Shown here: piece by piece, positions 40,124-50,248 of the stretch
How positions within the stretch are numbered: the first letter of the stretch is position 1
Layout: the number at the start of each line of letters is the position of its first letter
The notes under the pieces: generated by a model
Told to the model about the DNA's origin: nothing
What the model saw: only the letters and a program-made list of their open reading frames with translations
Database searches by the model: none
Program-made: the position numbers and the translations under genes
Source: Alphaproteobacteria bacterium
GTDB taxonomy: Bacteria > Pseudomonadota > Alphaproteobacteria > MPNO01
Assembly (NCBI GenBank): GCA_964291675.2
Contig: OZ219866.1
Span: forward strand, 1,696,001-1,760,000
Length of the DNA: 64,000 bases
Reading direction: 5' to 3'

Positions 40124-41623
40124 CTAGGCACTCAGCCGCCGGCGGATCGCGATCACCAGCGGCCAGGCGAACAGGGCGATGGCGATCGCCATGATGGTGG
40201 CCGAGATCGGGCGGTCGAAGAAGATGCCGAACGAGCCGTGCGCCATGATCAGCGACTGGCGCACCGAGGCCTCGGCGAGCGGCCCGAGCACGATGGCGAG
40301 CACGGCCGGGGCGAGCGGGTAGTCGAGCTTGCGCATCAGGTAGCCCATGACGCCGAAGATCAGCATCAGCCACACGTCGTGCATGTCCTGGGTGGGCGCG
40401 TAGCCGCCGACCACGCAGAGGATGAAGATGACCGGCGCGAGGATGGTGAACGGCATCCTGAGCACCATCAGGAAGGCCGGGATGAAGGCGATGTTGATCA
40501 GCAGCGCGAAGAGATTGGCCGCATACAGGCTCGCGATCAGCCCCCAGACGAACTCCTTGTGCTCGATGAACAGCATGGGGCCCGGCTCCAGCCCCCAGAT
40601 CACCATGCCGCCGAGCAGGATCGCCGTGGTGGGCGAGCCCGGTATGCCCAAAGTGAGCATCGGCAGCATGGAGCCGGTGCTGGCCGCGTTGTTGGCGGAT
40701 TCCGGTGCGACCACGCCGTCGACATTGCCCTTGCCGTAGGTCTCCGGCTGCTTCGACATGGTGCGGGCGACGCCATAGGCCATCAGCGAGCCCGGCGTGG
40801 CGCCCGCGGCCGGCAGGATGCCGACGAAATAGCCGAGGAACGAGCCCATCAGCATCGAGCGGACGTTGTGGCGCAGATCGGCCAGCGCCCGGGCGACGCC
40901 GCGAATGCTGACCGCGGCGCGGCTCACCACCATCTCGCCCCTGGTGGTCTCGACGGTCCACAGGATCTCGCCGATGCCGTAGATGCCGATCGCCAGCACC
41001 AGGAAGTTGATGCCGTGATAGAAGCCCGGCAGGTCGAGAAAGATCAGCCGCGGGTCGCCGCTCACGATATCGAGCCCGACGGCCGAGAACATCAGCCCGA
41101 TGCAGATTGAGAACAGGGTTTTTGGGATGTCGTCGCCGCCGAGCCCGATGAAGGTGGCGAAGGCGAGGAGCAGCAGCGCGAACTCCTCCGGCGGGCCGAA
41201 GGCCAGCGCGAAATCGGCGAGCGGCGGGGCGAACAGGGTGAACAGCACCACCGAGATCGTGCCGCCGACGAAGGACGCGGTGGCGGCGGCGACCAGCGCC
41301 CGGTCCGCCTTGCCCTGGAGCGCCATCGGCCTTCCGTCGAAGGTCGTCGCCACCGCCGTCGAGGCGCCCGGGATGCCCAGCATGATCGAGCTGATCGCGC
41401 CGCCATACATCGCGCCGTAATACAGCGAGCCGAGAAAGATGATCGCCGATGTCGGCGGCACCAGGAAGGTCATCGGCAGCAGGATCGCCACGCCGTTGAC
41501 CGAGCCCAGCCCCGGCATGGCGCCGATGAACAGCCCGGCGATGCAGCCCGCGACGATCAACGCGAGGTTGACCGGTTCGAGCGCGACCGCGAAGCCTTCC
41601 AGCAGGAGGGCGAGGATCTCCAT
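40124..41623 (-). CDS. tctA: Tripartite tricarboxylate transporter permease TctA
   Basis: GAMPGLG, YYGAMYGG, GIPG, PESANNA, PMLTLGIPGS. Confidence 0.93.
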   Translation of the reverse strand: MEILALLLEGFAVALEPVNLALIVAGCIAGLFIGAMPGLGSVNGVAILLPMTFLVPPTSAIIFLGSLYYGAMYGGAISSIMLGIPGASTAVATTFDGRPMALQGKADRALVAAATASFVGGTISVVLFTLFAPPLADFALAFGPPEEFALLLLAFATFIGLGGDDIPKTLFSICIGLMFSAVGLDIVSGDPRLIFLDLPGFYHGINFLVLAIGIYGIGEILWTVETTRGEMVVSRAAVSIRGVARALADLRHNVRSMLMGSFLGYFVGILPAAGATPGSLMAYGVARTMSKQPETYGKGNVDGVVAPESANNAASTGSMLPMLTLGIPGSPTTAILLGGMVIWGLEPGPMLFIEHKEFVWGLIASLYAANLFALLINIAFIPAFLMVLRMPFTILAPVIFILCVVGGYAPTQDMHDVWLMLIFGVMGYLMRKLDYPLAPAVLAIVLGPLAEASVRQSLIMAHGSFGIFFDRPISATIMAIAIALFAWPLVIAIRRRLSA

Positions 41624-42120
41624 TACAGCAGCAGCTCGTAGAGCGGGTAGAAGGCGGGCTCGGTATACCCCTTGGGCAGGGTGATCTTGAGCGCGATCTC
41701 GAAGAACAGGAAGGTCGCCACCGGCATGGCGATGGCGAGCGGGGCGGTCACCGACCAGGCGTGGTGGCCGATCCCGCGCATGTAGAAGATCAGATAGAGC
41801 GGGATCACCACATAGACCCCGACGACATGGATCAGCCCGATCATCACCAGGAGCGAGCCCGCGCCGATGGCGAAGACCCGGAGCGCGGTGCGGTCCATAT
41901 AGGGCTCGGCCGAGCGCGACGGCGGGCTCTGGCGCCGCGCCCAGCGCAGCACGATCCAGCCGCAGCACACCAGCATGCCCGCGGCGAGCCAGAACGGGAA
42001 GGCGCCGCCGCCCGGCCCCTCGCCCTCGATCCAGCCGACCGGAAGCTCGGCCGATTTCCACATGATGTAGACCGAGAACGCCGCCATGAACAGGGCCATG
42101 ACGAGCTCCGCGCGGCGCAT
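41623..42120 (-). CDS. tctB: Tripartite tricarboxylate transporter small subunit TctB
   Basis: GPGGGAFPFW, 4-5 TM helices, LKITLPKG; located between tctC and tctA. Confidence 0.88.
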   Translation of the reverse strand: MRRAELVMALFMAAFSVYIMWKSAELPVGWIEGEGPGGGAFPFWLAAGMLVCCGWIVLRWARRQSPPSRSAEPYMDRTALRVFAIGAGSLLVMIGLIHVVGVYVVIPLYLIFYMRGIGHHAWSVTAPLAIAMPVATFLFFEIALKITLPKGYTEPAFYPLYELLL

Positions 42121-42154
42121 CGGTGGCGGCTCCTGTGTCGCGAAAGCCGAAGAG

Positions 42155-42186
42155 ATCCGGCCCGGCGTCCGGGCGCCGGGCCGGAT
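42155..42186. repeat. 13-bp perfect inverted repeat between tctC and tctB (probable mRNA-stabilising hairpin or partial terminator)
   Basis: ATCCGGCCCGGCG-tccggg-CGCCGGGCCGGAT just downstream of the binding-protein gene. Confidence 0.6.
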
Positions 42187-42199
42187 GCGCAAATCTCGG

Positions 42200-43192
42200 C
42201 TACTTGATCTCGCCCATCGCCATCAGCAGCTTGCGATGCGCTTCACGCTCCTTGACGAAATAGTCCTGGAGCCCCTTGCCGGTCAGCCAGCCGGGCAGCA
42301 GCCCCTTGCTCGACAGGTAGTTCTGCCAGTCCTCGGACTTGTAGACCTTGTCGAACAGGTCGACGTAATAGGCCTCCGCGTCCGCCGGGATGCCGCCGGG
42401 CGCCACCACGCTGCGCTGCATGAAGTAGGACAGGTTCTGGCCCAGCTCGCCGAAGGTCGGCACGTCGGGGAACGCCTTCAGCCGCTTGGGCGTAAACGTC
42501 GCCAGCGCCCGCGACTTGCCGGCCTTCCAGAAGCCGATCTGCTCGGACGGGTTGTTGACCGTCGAGTCGATGTGCTTGCCGATGAGCTGCTTGGCGACCG
42601 TTCCGCCGCCCTTGAACGGCACATAGGTGACCTTGATGCCGTAGGCCTTCTCCAGCATCGCGGTGACCAGCGAATCCTCCTGGCCCTTGCCGGTGCCGCC
42701 CATCTTCCAGTTCTTCGGGCCGGCCTTCTTGACCGCGGCCACATAGTCCTCGACCGACATGATCTTGGTGTCGGAGTGGACCCAGAGCTGGAAGGTGTCC
42801 TCGGCGAGCCGCGCGATCGGGGTGAACTTCGAGATGTCGACGCCGAGCCCCGGGTTGCGCAGCGGGGTGGTGTAGTAGGAGTTGAGCGTCGCCATGATCA
42901 CATGCGGATCGCCCTGCTTGTCCTTGAGGTAGCGCAGCGCCTCGGCGCCCGACCCGCCGCCCTTGTTGATCGGCACCAGCGGCAGGGCTGCGAGGTTGTG
43001 CTTCTTGATGATGCCCTGGATGAAGCGGGCGAGCCGGTCGGCGCCGCCGCCCTTGCCGGCCATGATGACGAACTCGACGGGTTTCTTCGGCTTCCACGCC
43101 GCCGCCGCGTCCGAGGACGACGCGACCGTGGCCGCGCCGGCCGCAAGCGATACGGCCGCGGCCAGGGCCGCCGTCTTGGCTATGTGTCTCAC
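42200..43192 (-). CDS. tctC: Tripartite tricarboxylate transporter substrate-binding protein TctC
   Basis: GTG start with signal peptide; KPVEFVI..GKGGGADRLAR, YVPFKGGG, DVPTFGELG. Confidence 0.92.
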   Translation of the reverse strand: MRHIAKTAALAAAVSLAAGAATVASSSDAAAAWKPKKPVEFVIMAGKGGGADRLARFIQGIIKKHNLAALPLVPINKGGGSGAEALRYLKDKQGDPHVIMATLNSYYTTPLRNPGLGVDISKFTPIARLAEDTFQLWVHSDTKIMSVEDYVAAVKKAGPKNWKMGGTGKGQEDSLVTAMLEKAYGIKVTYVPFKGGGTVAKQLIGKHIDSTVNNPSEQIGFWKAGKSRALATFTPKRLKAFPDVPTFGELGQNLSYFMQRSVVAPGGIPADAEAYYVDLFDKVYKSEDWQNYLSSKGLLPGWLTGKGLQDYFVKEREAHRKLLMAMGEIK

Positions 43193-43324
43193 GTCTTCCC
43201 CCTTTGTTCGTAGCTGACAATCCCGCGCGCGGGCGGTCCCGCCCGGCGCGGTGCGGAAGTATCTCGCGCCTCTCTCCGCCGCGCAATCGGCTAGACTCGG
43301 GGCGAAACTGGCGGGGGACGAGGC

Positions 43325-44314
43325 ATGGACGCGGCGCCGATCTGGATCACCGAGGCCGACGTGACCGCGACGATGGCGCTGCCCGATGCGATCGCCGCCC
43401 TCGAACGGGCGCTGGCGATGGAGGCCGACGGCGCCGCCGCCAACCTGCCCAAGACGCATCTGATGGTGGCCGCCAACGACGCGATGCACGCGATCGGCGC
43501 CTCGGTGGCGGGCGCCGGGATCTGCGGCACCAAGACCTGGGTCAATGTCGGCGGCGCCTCGCAGACCGTGCTGGTGCTGTTCTCGCTGGAGGACGGGCGG
43601 CTGCGCGCCGTCATCGAGGCGACCGCGCTGGGCCAGATGCGCACCGCGGCCATGACCGGCGTCGGCACCGCCAGGCTGGCGCCGGAGGACGCGCGCTGCC
43701 TCGCCCTGATCGGCACCGGCAAGCAGGCGCTGCCCAACGCCGCCGCCTGCGCCGCCGTGCGGGACATCGAGGAGATCCGGGTGTTCAGCCGCCGCGCCGA
43801 GGCACGCGAGGCGCTCGCCCGGCGGATCGTGGACGAGCTCGGGATCCGGGCGGTCCCCGCCGCGAGCGTCGCCGAGGCGGCGGCGGACGCCCCCATCGTG
43901 ACCGCGATCACCAACGCGACCGAGCCGTTCCTGAACGCGGCGATGCTCGCGCCCGGCGCGCATCTCAACGCGATGGGGGCGATCGTGCCGGTCCGCGTCG
44001 AGTTCGCCCAGGACGTGTTCGGGCGCTGCGGCGTCATCGCCGTCGACACGGTCGAGGGCGTGCGCGCGCTGTCGGCCGAGTTCCGCGGGCGCTTCGGCGA
44101 GGACGAGGCCGGCTGGCAGGCGGTGCGCCCGATCTCGCGGCTGATCGCCGAGGATACGCGCCGCCCCGCCGGCTGCGACCTCACCCTGTTCAAGGCCGTC
44201 GGCATGGGCCTCTCCGACCTTGCGCTCGGCATCGAGGTGCTCGCCCGCGCCGAGGCGGAGGGTCTGGGGACGCGGGTGCCGGAGAGGGTCCGCGTCCCGC
44301 CGCGCCTGCGGTGA
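43325..44314 (+). CDS. Ornithine cyclodeaminase / mu-crystallin family protein
   Basis: LGQMRTAA, IGTGKQA, PGAHLNAMG, TLFKAVGMGLSD. Confidence 0.9.
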   Translation: MDAAPIWITEADVTATMALPDAIAALERALAMEADGAAANLPKTHLMVAANDAMHAIGASVAGAGICGTKTWVNVGGASQTVLVLFSLEDGRLRAVIEATALGQMRTAAMTGVGTARLAPEDARCLALIGTGKQALPNAAACAAVRDIEEIRVFSRRAEAREALARRIVDELGIRAVPAASVAEAAADAPIVTAITNATEPFLNAAMLAPGAHLNAMGAIVPVRVEFAQDVFGRCGVIAVDTVEGVRALSAEFRGRFGEDEAGWQAVRPISRLIAEDTRRPAGCDLTLFKAVGMGLSDLALGIEVLARAEAEGLGTRVPERVRVPPRLR

Positions 44315-44320
44315 GGCGGC

Positions 44321-44857
44321 TTACGGCTCGGCCTTCAGGAACAGGAGCCGAGCGGCGCCGTAATTCCGCCGCCTGAGCGTCGAGAATCCCGCCGCGTCCA
44401 GGGTCTCATCGCGCCCGATCTCGACGGCTGAGCATGTGGCGGGGCCGATCCAGCCCGCTTCCCGCAGGGCTTCCAGCGCGGGTCCGGCGAGGCCCTTGCC
44501 GTAGGGCGGGTCGAGGAAGGCGATGTCGACCGGGCCCGGCGCCGGCGGCGGGGCGAGGGCGTCGGCCGCGATGAGCACGGCGCCGGTCTCGCCGAGCGCG
44601 TCCGCGTTCTGCCGCGCCCAGGTCGTGTCGCGGTCGATGAAGGTCGCGCGCGCGGCGCCCCGCGAAAGGGCTTCGAGCCCGAACGCGCCGGTGCCGGCGA
44701 AGGCGTCCAGCACCGCCGCCCCTTCGATGCCGGGGAAGTCGCCGTGCAGCAGAATGTTGAACAGCGCTTCCCGCAGCCGGTCGCCGGAGGGCCGGATCGC
44801 CGTTCCCCCGGGCGCGGCGAGACGGCGCCCGCGATGCCTACCGCCGACGATGCGCAC
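44321..44857 (-). CDS. rsmD: 16S rRNA G966 N2-methyltransferase
   Basis: MRIVGGRHRG, LREALFNIL, LDAFAGTGAFGLEALSRGA, FLDPPY. Confidence 0.93.
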   Translation of the reverse strand: MRIVGGRHRGRRLAAPGGTAIRPSGDRLREALFNILLHGDFPGIEGAAVLDAFAGTGAFGLEALSRGAARATFIDRDTTWARQNADALGETGAVLIAADALAPPPAPGPVDIAFLDPPYGKGLAGPALEALREAGWIGPATCSAVEIGRDETLDAAGFSTLRRRNYGAARLLFLKAEP

Positions 44858-45611
44858 GGCCGAGCTGTTCCTCCAGCACCTTCTCCTTCACCTCGGCGAG
44901 AGAGCCGCGCGCCAGCCCGCCCAGCAGGAACGGCCCGTAGCCGGTGCGGATCAGGCGGTTCACGGCAAGGCCGAGGCTCTCGAACACGCGCTTGATCTCG
45001 CGGTTGCGGCCCTCGGTGAGGCTGACGGTGAGCCAGCAATTGCGCCCCTCCGTCCGGTCGATCCGCGCCTGGATCGGGCCGTAGGCGATGCCGTCGACCA
45101 CCGTGCCGCCGGCGAGCCCGGCGAGGCGGGTCTCGTCCACCGACCCGAAGGCGCGCACGCGGTAGCGCCTCGTCCAGTCGCCGCGTTCCAGCCTGCCGGC
45201 GAGCCCGCCATCGGTGGTGAGCAGCAACAGCCCTTCCGAGTTGATGTCGAGCCGTCCCACCGAGACCACGCGGGGCAGGCCGGCGGGAAGCGCGTCGAAC
45301 ACCGTCGGCCTGCCCTGCGGGTCGACGTTGGTGCAGATCAGCCCGCGCGGCTTGTGATAGCGCCAGACGCGCCGCCGGTCGGGCGCTCCCACCGGCTTGC
45401 CGTCCACGGTGACCGCGCTCTGGCCGTCGACCAGCGTGGCCGGGGTCGACAGCACCGCGCCGTCGACCGCGACCCGGCCGGCGGCGATCCAGCGCTCGGC
45501 CTCGCGGCGCGAGCACAAGCCGGCCCGCGCCAGATACTTGGCGATCCGTTCGCCGACGCGTCCGGCGTCAGCGGCGGCAGGCCTCGACGAAGGCGTTGAA
45601 GATCCTGGCAT
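44838..45611 (-). CDS. rluB: S4-domain rRNA pseudouridine synthase (RluB/RsuA family)
   Basis: ERIAKYLARAGLCSRREAE, VGRLDINSEGLLLLT, EGRNREI. Start uncertain. Confidence 0.85.
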   Translation of the reverse strand: MPGSSTPSSRPAAADAGRVGERIAKYLARAGLCSRREAERWIAAGRVAVDGAVLSTPATLVDGQSAVTVDGKPVGAPDRRRVWRYHKPRGLICTNVDPQGRPTVFDALPAGLPRVVSVGRLDINSEGLLLLTTDGGLAGRLERGDWTRRYRVRAFGSVDETRLAGLAGGTVVDGIAYGPIQARIDRTEGRNCWLTVSLTEGRNREIKRVFESLGLAVNRLIRTGYGPFLLGGLARGSLAEVKEKVLEEQLGRAHRRR

Positions 45612-46281
45612 CCCCCCGGTCGATCTCGTATTCGGGGTGCCATTGTACGCCAAGGCAGAAGCGGTGCCGCGTGCTCTCGATGCCCTCGATCACCCCGTCG
45701 GGCGCGCGGGCGTCGACCAGCACGCCGGCGCCGACATCGAGCGCCGCCTGGTGGTGGGCGCTGTTGACCGCCATCTCGGCGGCGCCGACGATCTCGCGCA
45801 GCTTCGTGCCCGGCGCGACCGAGACCGTATGGCCGGGCTCGGTGCGCGGGTTGGGCTGCTCGTGCGCCAGCGCGCCGTCCACCTCGTCCGGGATGTGCTG
45901 GATCAGCGTGCCGCCCAGAACCACGTTGAGGAGCTGCTGCCCGCCGCAGATGCCGAGCACCGGCATGTCGCGCGCGAGCGCGCCCTCGGTCGCCGATTTC
46001 TCGAACGCGGTGCGCCGGTCCTTGGTGGTCACCGTCTCGTGCCGGGTCGCGGCGCCGAACAGCGCCGGGTCGACGTCGAACGCCCCGCCGGTGACGACCA
46101 GCCCGTCGATGCGGTCGAGATAGTCCGCCGCGCATTCCGGCTCGTGCGGCAGCAGCAGCGGCAGCCCGCCCGCCCGGATCACCGCGCCGCAATAGTTCTC
46201 CCGGATCGCGTACCACGGCGAGCCGGAATAGCCGCCGGCGGGCTCGGAATCGAGCGTCAGGCCTATCACCGGTCGTTTCAT
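45568..46281 (-). CDS. Gamma-glutamyl-gamma-aminobutyrate hydrolase family (peptidase C26)
   Basis: KRPVIGLT, LGICGGQQ, VNSAHHQA, GVQWHPE. Confidence 0.9.
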   Translation of the reverse strand: MKRPVIGLTLDSEPAGGYSGSPWYAIRENYCGAVIRAGGLPLLLPHEPECAADYLDRIDGLVVTGGAFDVDPALFGAATRHETVTTKDRRTAFEKSATEGALARDMPVLGICGGQQLLNVVLGGTLIQHIPDEVDGALAHEQPNPRTEPGHTVSVAPGTKLREIVGAAEMAVNSAHHQAALDVGAGVLVDARAPDGVIEGIESTRHRFCLGVQWHPEYEIDRGDARIFNAFVEACRR

Positions 46282-46361
46282 CGGCCGCACTCTACCGCGA
46301 ATTCCCGCGCCGCCCGAGTCGCCGGCTTGACCGCTCGCGGCGCTCGCCGGATGGTGCGCCG

Positions 46362-46820
46362 ATGTCCCGTTCCGCCGAGAGCTGGATGGACCGCGCGCTG
46401 GCGCTCGCCGAGGCGGCAGGCAAGGCGGGCGAGGTGCCGGTGGGCGCGGTCATCGTCGATGCGCGGACCGGCGCGGCGCTGGCCGAGGCCGCCAACCGCA
46501 CCGAGCGCGACGCCGATCCCACCGCGCACGCGGAGATGCTGGCGATCCGCGAAGCCGCTCGCAGGCTCGGGGTTCCCAGGCTCGCGGATTGCGATCTCTA
46601 TGCCACGCTGGAGCCGTGTGCGATGTGCGCCCAGGCGATCGCGTTTGCCCGCATCCGCCGGCTCTATTTCGGCGCGCCCGATCCGAAGGGCGGCGGCGTC
46701 GAGCACGGCGCCAGGATCTTCGAGCAGCCCTCCTGCCACCACCGCCCGGAAGTCTACGGCGGCATCGGCGAGGTCCGGGCGGCGGCCCTGCTGCGGGCCT
46801 TCTTCCGGGAGCGGCGGTAG
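46362..46820 (+). CDS. tadA: tRNA adenosine deaminase
   Basis: GEVPVGAV, DPTAHAE, TLEPCAMC, DPKGG, FFRERR. Confidence 0.92.
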   Translation: MSRSAESWMDRALALAEAAGKAGEVPVGAVIVDARTGAALAEAANRTERDADPTAHAEMLAIREAARRLGVPRLADCDLYATLEPCAMCAQAIAFARIRRLYFGAPDPKGGGVEHGARIFEQPSCHHRPEVYGGIGEVRAAALLRAFFRERR

Positions 46821-47040
46821 CCCTCCGGCATTCGCGCGGCCATGCGGGCCTTGGAGAGGTTCTGCGCCTCCGCCGGCCGAGCCAGCTTGTAGGCGAGCAC
46901 CGACTTGATCGCGTAGGTCTTCGCGTCCTCGTAGGTGCCGTCTTCCCGGAGCAGGTCTTCGAGCGCCGATCCGACGCGCGGGTTCTTCTCAGACATGACG
47001 GTCATGTTCCTTCATCCGGCGCTGCGCCAGTTCTTCGAGG
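46821..47040 (-). pseudogene. Remnant of a type II toxin-antitoxin pair (toxin C-terminal tail plus truncated XRE-type antitoxin)
   Basis: ELAQRRMKE tail, then MSEKNPRVGSALEDLLREDGTYEDAKTYAIKSVLAYKL...NLSKARMAARM, which breaks off before the HTH recognition helix and runs antisense into tadA. Confidence 0.65.
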
Positions 47041-47049
47041 AACCGCGCC

Positions 47050-48591
47050 TCACTCCTCCGGCTCGAAGCCGTACTCCTCCCAGCGGCTGTTGACCAGGTC
47101 CATGTCCACGTCGTGCGGGGTCACCATGGGCGGGTAGCGGTCGCCGCCATAGGCCTCCTCCGGCTCGAAGTCGAGATTGACCGTGGCGTCGATCAGCACC
47201 CGGCACCACTTGCCGGTGCCGTACAGCATCGGGTCGCGGTCCTTGAGCCGGGTCGAGGGGTCGAGCAGCGAGCCCCACGATCCCGGGAAGAACACGATGT
47301 CGTCCTCGGCCGCGTTGACCCGGTAGGCGAAGGCCCAGTCGAGCGCGCCGTAGTCGTGGATGTCGATGTCCTCGTCGACCACCCAGATGTTCTTGTAGCG
47401 CAGATGCGAGGCGTTCGAGCCCCAGATCGCCGCCGCCGCCTGCTTGGCCTGGCCGCGATAGGTCTGGCGCATCTGGATCATCAGCGTGGTGCCGTTATTG
47501 GCCGGCGCGCAGTGCACGTCGGTGATGCCCGGAACCCCGGCGCGCTCCAGCACGTTCCAGGCGACGCCGGCGCGCTGGATCGACGAGGTGATCGAGTTCT
47601 CGTTGAGCATCTTGGGCAGCGTGCCCTCCAGCGTGCCGCGATGGATCGAGCCGTCGCGATAGGTGACGCAGGTGATCCTGGTGACGTGCTTGGGGCCCTG
47701 GTCGCCGCCGAAATAGCCGGTGTACTCGCCGAACGGGCCTTCCGGCTCGAAGGTCGCCGGGTCGGGGTCGATGAACCCCTCGATCACCATCTCGGCATCG
47801 GCCGGCACCATGAGGTCCGAGGTCTCGCACTTGACCAGCGGCACCGGCTCGCCCCGGATGGCGCCCATCACGTCGTACTCCGACACCCCGGTCGGCACCG
47901 GCGCCGAGGCGCAGTAGGGCATCGCCGGCTCCCAGCCATAGACATGGGCGACCGGCATCTTCATCCCGCGGTCCTCCCATTTCTGGAAGTGGACCCCCCA
48001 GTTCTGCGCCCGCCAGAGCAGCACCGGCAAAGTGTCCTTCTGGCCCAGCATGCCGCGATAGATACCGATATTGTGGACCCCGGTGTCGGGGTCCATGGTG
48101 ACCGTCGCCGAGTAGGTGTTGATGTAGCGCCCGCCATCCTCGCGGTGCCAGCGCGGTACCGGCACCTTGTAGATGTCGATGTCGTCCCCGGTGACCACGT
48201 TCTCCTTGACCTTGCCGGTCCTGACCTCGGCGGGCGGTACGCGCTGCTGCAGATAGTGCCGGGTGGCCAGCACCAGGTCGCGGACCGGCGCGTCCTGCGG
48301 CAGGCCCAGCATCATCGCGACCCGGGAATAGTTGGAGAGCCCGCCGGTGAACACCGCGCGCGACCAGACGTCGTCGTCGGGGCCGTAGCCCGCGATGTTG
48401 TCGAACAGCAGCGCCGGGCCGTGGCCGGTGCCGAAGGTCTTGCGCGCGATGGTGCCGAGCTCGCAATCCCAGTCCACCTCGGCGCCGATTCGCTGGAGCT
48501 CGCCGGCGATGTCGAGCGCCTCGATCCAGCCGCGGAGGTCGCCGAACTGGCGCGGCTGCAAGCGGTTGGAAAGACCTTCCGGCTGGTCCAT
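47050..48591 (-). CDS. UbiD family prFMN-dependent (de)carboxylase, copy 2
   Basis: DLRGWIEAL, GPALLFDNI, DGGRYI, EGPFGEYTGY, VVDEDIDI. Confidence 0.92.
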   Translation of the reverse strand: MDQPEGLSNRLQPRQFGDLRGWIEALDIAGELQRIGAEVDWDCELGTIARKTFGTGHGPALLFDNIAGYGPDDDVWSRAVFTGGLSNYSRVAMMLGLPQDAPVRDLVLATRHYLQQRVPPAEVRTGKVKENVVTGDDIDIYKVPVPRWHREDGGRYINTYSATVTMDPDTGVHNIGIYRGMLGQKDTLPVLLWRAQNWGVHFQKWEDRGMKMPVAHVYGWEPAMPYCASAPVPTGVSEYDVMGAIRGEPVPLVKCETSDLMVPADAEMVIEGFIDPDPATFEPEGPFGEYTGYFGGDQGPKHVTRITCVTYRDGSIHRGTLEGTLPKMLNENSITSSIQRAGVAWNVLERAGVPGITDVHCAPANNGTTLMIQMRQTYRGQAKQAAAAIWGSNASHLRYKNIWVVDEDIDIHDYGALDWAFAYRVNAAEDDIVFFPGSWGSLLDPSTRLKDRDPMLYGTGKWCRVLIDATVNLDFEPEEAYGGDRYPPMVTPHDVDMDLVNSRWEEYGFEPEE

Positions 48592-48615
48592 CGCGTACTC
48601 CCTTCGGATATGCGG

Positions 48616-50145
48616 CTATTTCAGATCGTCGAGGCCGAGCGCCGACCAGCGCGCGAGCGCGGCCCGCCTGTCCTCTTCCATCGGCTCGACGGTCGGCGGG
48701 TAGCGGCGGCCGTCGCGCTCGGGCGGGTAGTCGAGGTTGATCGTCGCGTCGATCAGCACCCGGTGCCACTTGCCGGTGCCGAACAGGTGCACGTCGGCAT
48801 CGCGCCGCCGCACCGAGGGATCGAGCCCGGCGCCCCAGGTGGCGGGGAAGATCACGATATCGCCCTCGCCGGCATTGACCCGCCAGGCCAGCGCCCAGTC
48901 GACGGCGGCGTAGTCGTGGATGTCGATGTCCTCGTCGACGACGATGACGTGCTTGTAGCGCACATGCGAGGACGAATCGCCCCACAGCGCCGACGCCACC
49001 TGCTTGGCCTGGCCGCGATAGGTCTGGCGGATCTGCACCGCCATGTTGACCCCGGCGTGGATCGGCATGCCGAACACGTCGGTGACGCCGGGCACGCCGG
49101 CGCGCTCCAGCGCGTTCCACGCCGTCGCCGAGCGCTGGATCGAGCTCATGATCGCGTTCTCGGCATAGCTGTAGGGCAGCGCCCCCTCGACCGTGCCGCG
49201 AAAGATCGGGTCGTCGCGGTGGGTGATGCAGGTCACCCGGGCGGTGTGCTTGGGCGTCCGCTCGGTCGCGTAATACCCGGTGAACTCGGCATAGGGCCCC
49301 TCTTCCATGAAGCTCGCGGGGTCGGGGTCGATCCAGCCCTCGATGACGATCTCGGCGCTCGCCGGCACCAGGAGCGGCACCGTCTCGCAGGGGACGAGCT
49401 CCACCGGCGCGCCCCGGATCGCGCCCATCACGTCGTATTCCGAGATGTCGCGCGGCACCGGCGCGCCGGCGGTGAAGCCGAGCGAGGGCTCCCAGCCGAG
49501 CACGAAGGCGACCGGCATCTTCTCGCCCCGCGCCTCGTATTTGGTGAAATGCCCGCCCCAGTGCTGGGCCCGCCACATCAGCACCGGGATCGCGTCCCGC
49601 CCGCCCACCATGCCGCGATAGATGCCGACATTGTGCAGCCCGGTATCGGGGTCCTTGGTCACGCAGCCGGCATAGGTCAGCACGTAGCGCCCGCCGTCCA
49701 GCCGGTTCCACTTCGGCACCGGGAAGGACAACAGGTCGATGTCCCGGCCGGTGAGCACGTTCTCTTTGACCGGGCCGGTCTCCACCGTCACCGGCGGCAC
49801 GCGTTCGTTGAAGATGGTGCGGCAGATCCACACCAGGTCGCGGACCGGCGTGTCCCGCGGCAGGCCGAACATCATGGCGAGGCGGGAATAGGCGCCCTGG
49901 CCGCCGACGAACACCTCGCGGCAGCGCGCGCCGGCGCCGTAGTCCTTGATGTTGCGGAACAGGAAGGCGGGTCGGTCGCCCTTGCCCTGCGCCATGCGGT
50001 AGATCGTCCCGAGCTCGACGTCCCAGTCGACCTCCGCGTCGATCTCGCGCAGCTCGCCCGCCGCCCTGAGCGCCTCGATCCAGCCGCGCATGTCGCCGAA
50101 CGCGACCGGCTTTCGGCCGCCCGCGAGCCCGCCCTTCTCAGTCAC
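48616..50145 (-). CDS. UbiD family prFMN-dependent (de)carboxylase, copy 1
   Basis: DMRGWIEAL, PAFLFRNIKDY, DGGRYV, EGPYAEFTGY, VVDEDIDI. Start uncertain. Confidence 0.92.
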   Translation of the reverse strand: MTEKGGLAGGRKPVAFGDMRGWIEALRAAGELREIDAEVDWDVELGTIYRMAQGKGDRPAFLFRNIKDYGAGARCREVFVGGQGAYSRLAMMFGLPRDTPVRDLVWICRTIFNERVPPVTVETGPVKENVLTGRDIDLLSFPVPKWNRLDGGRYVLTYAGCVTKDPDTGLHNVGIYRGMVGGRDAIPVLMWRAQHWGGHFTKYEARGEKMPVAFVLGWEPSLGFTAGAPVPRDISEYDVMGAIRGAPVELVPCETVPLLVPASAEIVIEGWIDPDPASFMEEGPYAEFTGYYATERTPKHTARVTCITHRDDPIFRGTVEGALPYSYAENAIMSSIQRSATAWNALERAGVPGVTDVFGMPIHAGVNMAVQIRQTYRGQAKQVASALWGDSSSHVRYKHVIVVDEDIDIHDYAAVDWALAWRVNAGEGDIVIFPATWGAGLDPSVRRRDADVHLFGTGKWHRVLIDATINLDYPPERDGRRYPPTVEPMEEDRRAALARWSALGLDDLK

Positions 50146-50209
50146 CCGGTTATCCTTCCCCGCCGCAGCCGCCGCGGCGCATCTTAGCCACGGCGCAAGC
50201 GCCGTCCAG

Positions 50210-50238
50210 TTGACAGCCGGCGCGGCGCCCCGGACCAT
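50210..50238 (+). promoter_or_regulatory. Candidate sigma70 promoter of the Rieske dioxygenase operon
   Basis: Consensus -35 TTGACA, 17-nt spacer, GACCAT -10, ATG 10 nt further on. Confidence 0.5.
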
Positions 50239-50248
50239 CGCGCCCGCG

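Noticed and set aside
47113-50187. 1024-aa plus-strand ORF with an internal repeat
   Set aside because: Antisense shadow of the two UbiD genes; the repeat only mirrors their paralogy.
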